Assembly (NCBI GenBank): GCA_029953675.1
Contig: JAMWBK010000005.1
Coordinates: 744,001-808,000 of the forward strand
Source: Rhodosorus marinus CCMP1338
Lineage: Eukaryota > Plantae > Rhodophyta
Length of the DNA: 64,000 nt
Direction: 5' to 3'
Shown: in pieces, positions 57,796 through 64,000 of the stretch
Layout of the letters: every line of letters begins with the position of its first letter
Position numbering within the stretch: the first letter of the stretch is position 1
Position numbers and translations under genes: made by a program
Notes under the pieces: generated by a model
Told to the model about the DNA's origin: nothing
What the model saw: only the letters and a program-made list of their open reading frames with translations
Databases searched by the model: none

Positions 57796-59542
57796 TCAGT
57801 ATGTGGGGAACTCCGGGTTGCACTCCTGTCTCCATGCGTCGAGTCCGCCGATTACATCGGTTGCGTTTTCGATTCCTGCTTTCCTCATCATGGAAACGGC
57901 CGTTGCAGAGTCAACGCCTCTGCGACAAATCTAAAAGGCAAGAAAAAAAGACGCACGTAAATCCTCCATCGAGACAACACAGACTTGAAAAGTGCCAGGA
58001 ATGTTAGCGTCGACTATCACAACGAACCAAAATGATCTCCTTGTCGCCAACCCGATTCTGAATCTAAAAAAAGGAAGAACCAGACAAACGTTAACAGGAT
58101 TTCAAACTACGCTTCCGTTGCAGCTTGCAGAGTCCCTCGTTCGTGTTAGCTTACAGTGATAAGCTCTTTTGACAGTTTGGTGATCGGAATGTTCTGGAAT
58201 CCACCGATAGAGCACATATCAAATTGCTCTTTTGGCCGCACATCTATACACAAAGCATCTTTCAGTCGACCCTTGTCCAGCAGAGCGGTTGCTCTCAGAC
58301 GACCTTGGTCAGTACTCTGCGGGGTCGCACAGCTGCCCGCCAGAGTGAATGAGCCGTAGTCAAACTCGGCTGGATTGACGATCCGCTGGCTACTGTCCTC
58401 GGGGTTGCCGCAGGCTCGGCAAGTTTTGCTTCTCGATCGGAGACGGATCACCCTCGTTTCACAGCTCAGACCATCATATAGAACCATTCTCCTAGAGCAA
58501 ACTTCCGCACCCTCCGAGCAGAAACCCAAACCGCGATTGGCTTAGTGAGACTCGATCGCCGATAGATATGTGAGCTTGCTTCTTCCTTGGGTTATCCGAG
58601 GAGATTACCTCAATTTCAGCGGCAAGCTTCAGCGCCTCTACGGCTTGCATGGTGCCAATGACGCCTGGAACTGGTCCCAAAACTCCGGCAGTATCGCACG
58701 AGCCTACACAATCTGGGGGAGGCGGGGAAGGGAAAATGCATCTGTAGCAGGGTGACTCTTCCGAGTCACAGTAAACGCTAAGCTGCCCTTCAAACCCTAG
58801 TGCACAAACCGTTTTTGCCGGATTCAGTGCCTAGGCCAAGAACCGATGTTCAAAGGACCACGGACGCCTATTTCCAGACGCTCTAGCTCACCAATTGCGG
58901 ATCCAGAGACAAGAGGCTTACGCAGGGCAGCGCAAGCATCACTGATAATGTACCGAGACTCGACATTGTCCGTGCAGTCTAGGACAATATCAAAAGGTAA
59001 AATTAGTTGCAGAGCAAACTTGGCTGTGATGCCTGTAGATAACGTGCAAATCGAAGAGCCGGGATTGATCCTCATCAGTGAGTCCCTCAATGACAAGCAC
59101 TTATCTGCCCCTACGCTCGCATCCGTATGTCCAATCTACGACCATGGAACGACGGAAAACAAGATTTCTCATCAACCGATGAAAATCCCAGAATCGAAAA
59201 CATTGAGAACACTAAAAAGCAAGAGACGGCAAAAGTATATCCTACCTGTCTATGCAGGTTACTTCTATCTACACTATCTCCACGGTCCAGTAGGCCCAAC
59301 CTCCCCACTCCGGCGCTCGCCAAGTACATCGCCGCGGGACATCCCAAGCCCCCAGCACCAATGACGAGCACGCTCTTCTGAGAAAGTCTCTTCTGTCCTT
59401 CAACGCCAAACCTCAACAGAAGCATTTGACGGGAATATCGCTCCAACACATCATTCGAGAAAGCCTGCCGAACGCCGTTCTCCTCCTCCTGAGCAGTGCT
59501 GGCACCCTTCAACTCTTGGAGTTCACCCCACGGTGATTTCAT
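57796..59542 (-). CDS. MOCS3: Adenylyltransferase/sulfurtransferase MOCS3/Uba4
   Basis: [72 protein letters not shown], and rhodanese IDVRP..., ICRRGVDS and GGLDAW. Confidence 0.93.
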
Positions 59543-60172
59543 CGGGAACTTCTAATTCTGCTGTTTAGCGAAGTGAACCAACACCCCACGAAGCAGAAAC
59601 TTTCCTGACTCAAGGTTGTCCAACGCCACCAACAACGCTAACTCACAAGCCTAACCCCGCCTTCCTCAAAACCTTACAAACCAATCTAAGCGGACCGCCG
59701 CGAGGAAACGAAATGAGTTCATCAAAGCAGACGGTCGGGCTCATCAGCTTCAACGACTACGCGAGAACTATTCCTTCGAGGCTACTACAGGATTGACAAG
59801 TTTAGTTAGTCCGGAGTGGACTGAAGGATGATCGCGACGGCTGAAGATAAAAAGCGACCCTAAACAAGACAGAGCTATCGTTGCTCAACAATAAGTGAGA
59901 CAGCGACCGCGGTAGACCGAGGAAGACGAGCCTCTGCGGAAAAGTACCGACGTCGATCACCAAGAAAGGACCAACGCTGGTCACGTACGGGTTATGAAGC
60001 CCGAGGGTTCCGAGGGTGAAGACGCAGTGCGCATCCTCGCCCCTCACGCGGACGGAGCGGAATGATTGTCAAATGCCGAGATGGATGTTGAGCGCTGTGT
60101 TGACGAGGAATCCTTGTGCTTCCACGAGGATGGGGACAGAACGCATCCTCCGTTTTCTTCGACGGACTGTCA

Positions 60173-60289
60173 AATTTTTACTGTTAGTTATCTACACTTC
60201 TGTTAGCTTCTTCGGCTGATATGTCGCCTTAATTTTTTACTGTTAGTTATCTACACTTCTGTTAGCTTCTTCGGCTGATATGTCGCCTT
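60173..60289. repeat. Near-perfect 58/59-nt tandem duplication spanning the stop codon of the RRM gene
   Basis: Two adjacent copies of AATTTTT(T)ACTGTTAGTTATCTACACTTCTGTTAGCTTCTTCGGCTGATATGTCGCCTT that differ only by one T. Confidence 0.95.
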
Positions 60290-62360
60290 GAAGTGTTCAA
60301 GCGCGCTTTCCACCTTGAGCGCGTGGTCAAAGCTCTCCAGAACAGCTCTGGGTTGATCCTCTGGAGGCTTGCCCTTTTCAACACTGTTCACAAATCTTTC
60401 CACAGATTCAATAAGCTCCTTGACGCCATCTCCAAAGCCAATCTGAGGTTCCTCGCGAGCGGGTGGTTGCGGCATGCTCGCGAGTGACGATTGATCATCT
60501 TCAAGATTCTCAATCAAAGACGCCAGCTCACGATTTTCGCTCCAAAAATCCACCGCGCTCTCCTCAAAAAGCTGGTTCATCATCTGCTCGTTTTCGTTTT
60601 CTCCTTCCGTGGCTACCTCGCCCAAATTGTCATTCCCCTCCAATAGGTTGAGCTTTTTGTCTCCTTCCCCGGACTCACCAGAGACAACCACACCTTGAGG
60701 GATCTGTCCTTCCGCAGCTTCATTCTCGTACTGATTGCTGCCAGGCTCATTATCCGCAAGGGCAGAAAACACGTTAAAAGAATCTCCACCTAGGGAAATC
60801 CCGTTGTCTCCATCGTGGACAAACTCAACCAGATCCTCACGATCCTCACCCTCAGCAAACTCAGCGAACGGGTCAGAGGTATCGACATCGAGTGGTTTCG
60901 CTCTTTTGTCAAGAAAACTCCTATAGCTTCTTGGATCGTTCCCGTCAGATTCAAACGCGTCAATGAACGAGGCCGTAATGAAATAGTCACTCAACGAGGC
61001 GACTTGTAGCTTCCGAAAGCCCAGGAGGGCGTCGTCATTGTTCCGAAAGACAACATTCACGAAGACGTTTCGAGTTGGCGTAAAACGCCAGAACCAAAAC
61101 TCCACTCCACGGAGATCTCTGAGCAACTTCTCAAGATTCTCAAGCGGTTCATCCTCCCGAATCTTAAACGAAAGCGCTCTTCTGGGAACAGGATCAGCAA
61201 CATAGTCATGTATCCTAACGGGTTCACCGCCTAGCCTCACGGACGCCATTGTACTTCTCATGTTCGCCGCGTCTTCGGGTCGCTCATACTCAACAAAGCA
61301 GCTGCCGTTAAGCATCGGCCCAAAGCGTTTGATGGCACCAAATTCCGAGCAAATCTCGCGAATGTTCTCCGGTTTTCTAGTCGAGCAGTGAACCACAAGC
61401 TTCCTGGGGTCGCCTTTCTTTCCAGTTGCATCTTGTTCGCTCACCCCGCTTCCAGCCGCGCTCTTGTAAGTGATCACCTGCGCATGAATTGGTCTGTCCT
61501 CTATGATGTAATCGCTTATGCCAGACACTACCCGCAGGGCATCCACATCGCGCTCAAACTCGACAATTCTTGAGCCAGGGCCTTCCTCAATGACCCTAAT
61601 TGGTAGGGAGTAGGGCTCACAGAGATCCACAAGCTGGTGATTCTCGAACTTTTTGGGCATGCCTTTGAACCGCACGTATCGCCGAGCAGCGGCTTGTTCT
61701 TTCGTTTGCATGAAACGGTCCACCTCCGTTCGATACTGAGATCCAAAGACCTTGGCCGTGTCGTCAACGAGTCTTGGGAACAAAGGCCGTTCCTCCGCAT
61801 CCGAGTTGTCTTGATTCTTTCAGAGATGAAGAGAAGCAGGTCTTAGAAGTCGGCTTTGGACGTTATCTGGAGGTGATAGTACCTACAATGCTTAGAGAAA
61901 CGCCCTCAAGGTCGTAGGCGTTCCATTGCTCTTCTATGATCTGCTTGACCTATGAAGTAGCAACAGGACGTAAGCATTCGAACAAGCTGACCCTTTCAAC
62001 CTGCCTCTAAAAACCCTATCGAAGACTTACCATTGCCGGCGAGTTGGTTTCAGCGGGAAGAACCGAATCATCACTGCCGGACGAGAGATTTGAGCGCAAT
62101 GGAGGAGATTGAACCAATCCTTTCTCTGAACCGAACTTCGTACCCGAACTGAAACTGGCTCTCAACCATAATCGATCCTACACCAGAAACGGCTTGAAGA
62201 TGTTAGCCCACGCCCTGAAACCTTCCCAGAGTAAGCGAGATTCAAGTTATGGGACGCGATCATGCAATCAAAAGCTCACCAGATGATTACCGCAACCAAG
62301 CACTCGGACCGCACCCAAGCATCCGCTAGGTGCTGTTTTCAACCGAATTCTGCCAACCAT
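60251..62360 (-). CDS. Multi-RRM RNA-binding protein with acidic C-terminus, probably organelle-targeted (5' exons tentative)
   Basis: 510-codon terminal ORF with RNP-like motifs (VRFKGMP, RIVEFE, LVVHC, SCFVEYE, VFVNVVF) and a D/E-rich tail. Upstream exons were inferred from GTAAGT/CATAG sites; the candidate ATG at 62360 gives an Arg-rich N-terminus. Confidence 0.7.
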
Positions 62361-62580
62361 TGAAATCATAGCCTCAACACACGACCGGAGGACCAAGACT
62401 ACACCCAAACTGAGTTCTCCTCGAAGTCACTACATACTAAAATTTACCGTTTCTTCACATAGCAAGCCTTCTTCTAGACGCCAAATGACCCTGAGAAAGC
62501 TGTAAACGTCAACTCTTAAGTCGCGCCTACAGCGGTGATCTGTCACCCTCGTCCAGTTCCCGACCGGTGACGATGGACAC

Positions 62581-63570
62581 GGCGGTGTAACTTAATCGGT
62601 GAATCAATGTGTCATTAACGGGCTTGACCGGTATACTAGGAAGGAAGACTGTTTTTTGCAGTTGATTTGAACGCATCCACAACATCCATGTGTCCTCCTC
62701 TGAACCAATTGAGCTCCACTGACGGTGTAGCTTCAAACTGTGGCTCCACTGTAGTTTTGTTCAGCAGGGAATGTGCTCAGTCGCATCTTGTGCTGCCATC
62801 CCCCAGGGTGCGTTTTCGTTCATTTACGAGCCATTGAGGACGACCACGACGGTGAGACTTACCAACGTACTGGATTCACGATGTGGTGCAGGAGTGCAGA
62901 TTACTGCTGCGCCTTGCACGCGTTGAATCTCCTGTGCATCCAAAAACGTCGTCAAGGACCGATAAGCTTCCTTTAACTACCGCCGACGGTGTGACTCAAC
63001 TTTGTGGTTTATCGGTGTAGTTTGTTCGCGGAGAATCCTGTTTGGCAGTTGTATATGTTGGGACGTGCACACGTCCATGTGTCGTCCTCTGGACCAAGTA
63101 GTTCCACCGTCCGCGGTCACCGGCAATCTCGCAATGGGGTTGAAGACGTTTGTGAGATGTTTTCCGAACGAAATGCCAGTATATCCCGTTTCCACGGACT
63201 GCATAGTTTCATAACGTGGCTTAGATGCAGTTCAAAGCCGGCTGAATGCTTCTGACGATGCAGTTACGATGTGGTTCAGAGTTGGATAATCACTTAATCA
63301 AAGTCGAACTACCTTGCAGTCAGACTGGCTGACGGTGTGACTAAAGGATGCGCTAGGCGAAATGTAGCTTGGCATAAACAGCAAGCAAAATCCACTCTTT
63401 CTTTCCACGTTTTTACAGTTCAGAGCTTACGATTCCGAGTTGCTTTTCCGTAGCTGGGCTTCGGCCGGTAGGTTCGTAGCACTGTAGAACCACAGCAGCC
63501 AGAAAGTTGCTTGTATACAAGAAACCGCGTTAGCACAGATACGTATGCTATTATGCAGACGGTGTAGCTC
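62581..63570 (+). repeat. Degenerate dispersed repeat (G(A/G)CGGTG(T/A)(A/G)(A/G)CT x6) with a longer duplicated block; partly RLE-like
   Basis: Motif at 62581, 62721, 62848, 62985, 63331 and 63558; block 62650-62720 resembles 63039-63108; frame at 62874 reads IHDVVQECRLLLRLARVE...SRTDKL. Confidence 0.55.
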
Positions 63571-63778
63571 AACAGTGTACCTCAACGCGATATCAGAATG
63601 CTATTATGCTTTAAAGCCTTGAATCTTCCCCGTTCCATTTGCTCTCCTCAAGGGATACGAGCTTCCGACGTCCTAGATTTTGAAGGTCTATTCCATAAAG
63701 GTCCCAACCTTTACCTCTTACGAAAGGGTTGCAATCACTGACTGGAATCCGTTCAAACGAGCGTTTCTACCGTCTGAT

Positions 63779-64000
63779 CTATTCGGCTGGGCTTTCTGTC
63801 TTGTCTTTCCGGCCTCTCATCCTCGCTTTCTTCTTGCTTTCATTCATTTTAGGGACTGTTGTTGGGTTCACTGAAAGGTCCATAATCTCTTCATAGTCCT
63901 CTTCAAAATCTTCGCTCGTTAGTGAACTACTGAGATCCTCATTATCAAAAGGAGTACTCTCCGCCTCAGGGAGGGTTCCTTCGTCCGAGTTTTCATTTTC
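63779..64000 (-). CDS. C-terminal end of an acidic/basic protein (gene runs off the window)
   Basis: Open frame from the window edge: ENENSDEGTLPEAESTPFDNEDLSSSLTSEDFEEDYEEIMDLSVNPTTVPKMNESKKKARMRGRKDKTESPAE*. Confidence 0.6.
   Translation of the reverse strand, partial: ENENSDEGTLPEAESTPFDNEDLSSSLTSEDFEEDYEEIMDLSVNPTTVPKMNESKKKARMRGRKDKTESPAE

Noticed and set aside
59600-60170. Small ORFs between MOCS3 and the RRM gene (AARKRNEF, YSFEATTG)
   Set aside because: Only weak hints of retroelement motifs; no supportable call.
1-64000. rRNA or tRNA genes
   Set aside because: No conserved rRNA blocks or cloverleaf with T-loop GTTCGA and acceptor stem were recognised by eye; tRNAscan-SE would be decisive.

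Overview
Gene-dense eukaryotic nuclear DNA with short GT-AG introns. Several nuclear genes carry plastid-type transit peptides with an early Phe (Tic22, threonine deaminase, aldo-keto reductase) and kynureninase is present, so a unicellular red alga is the most likely source (inference). About 24 protein genes or gene parts are recognisable: SDF2-like, an APT1-like hydrolase, an OCA1-type phosphatase, TFIIE-beta, CYP51, ilvA, Tic22, an HD-domain nucleotidase, OMS1-like, AKR, CRAL-TRIO, KYNU, SPRING1, an RCC1-BTB-RING-BTB protein, uL29m, proteasome beta1, a mitochondrial carrier, CENP-X, a type I membrane protein, ARP6, PI4K-beta, cactin, Tim10, MOCS3/Uba4 and an RRM protein. The main hidden signal is that most gaps with no real gene hold frameshifted, stop-riddled fossils of RLE-type (CRE-like) non-LTR retrotransposons. 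They show the ordered C-terminal motifs RARxxS..GxW / LGLP / RHD / EP / PD / DV / K..Y / FxPxA.xxGR / (N)RxxxxGN, and two degenerate tandem arrays appear to be built from pieces of such elements. Other oddities: two likely pseudoenzymes (Ser->Gly thioesterase, Arg->Gln phosphatase), an orphan inverted copy of an OCA1 exon, near-perfect hairpins, a tandem duplication across a stop codon, and GC-skew flips around AT-rich divergent promoters. No rRNA, tRNA or CRISPR array was seen. Exon boundaries were read by eye, and motif matches to retroelements come from remembered family consensus, not from a search.
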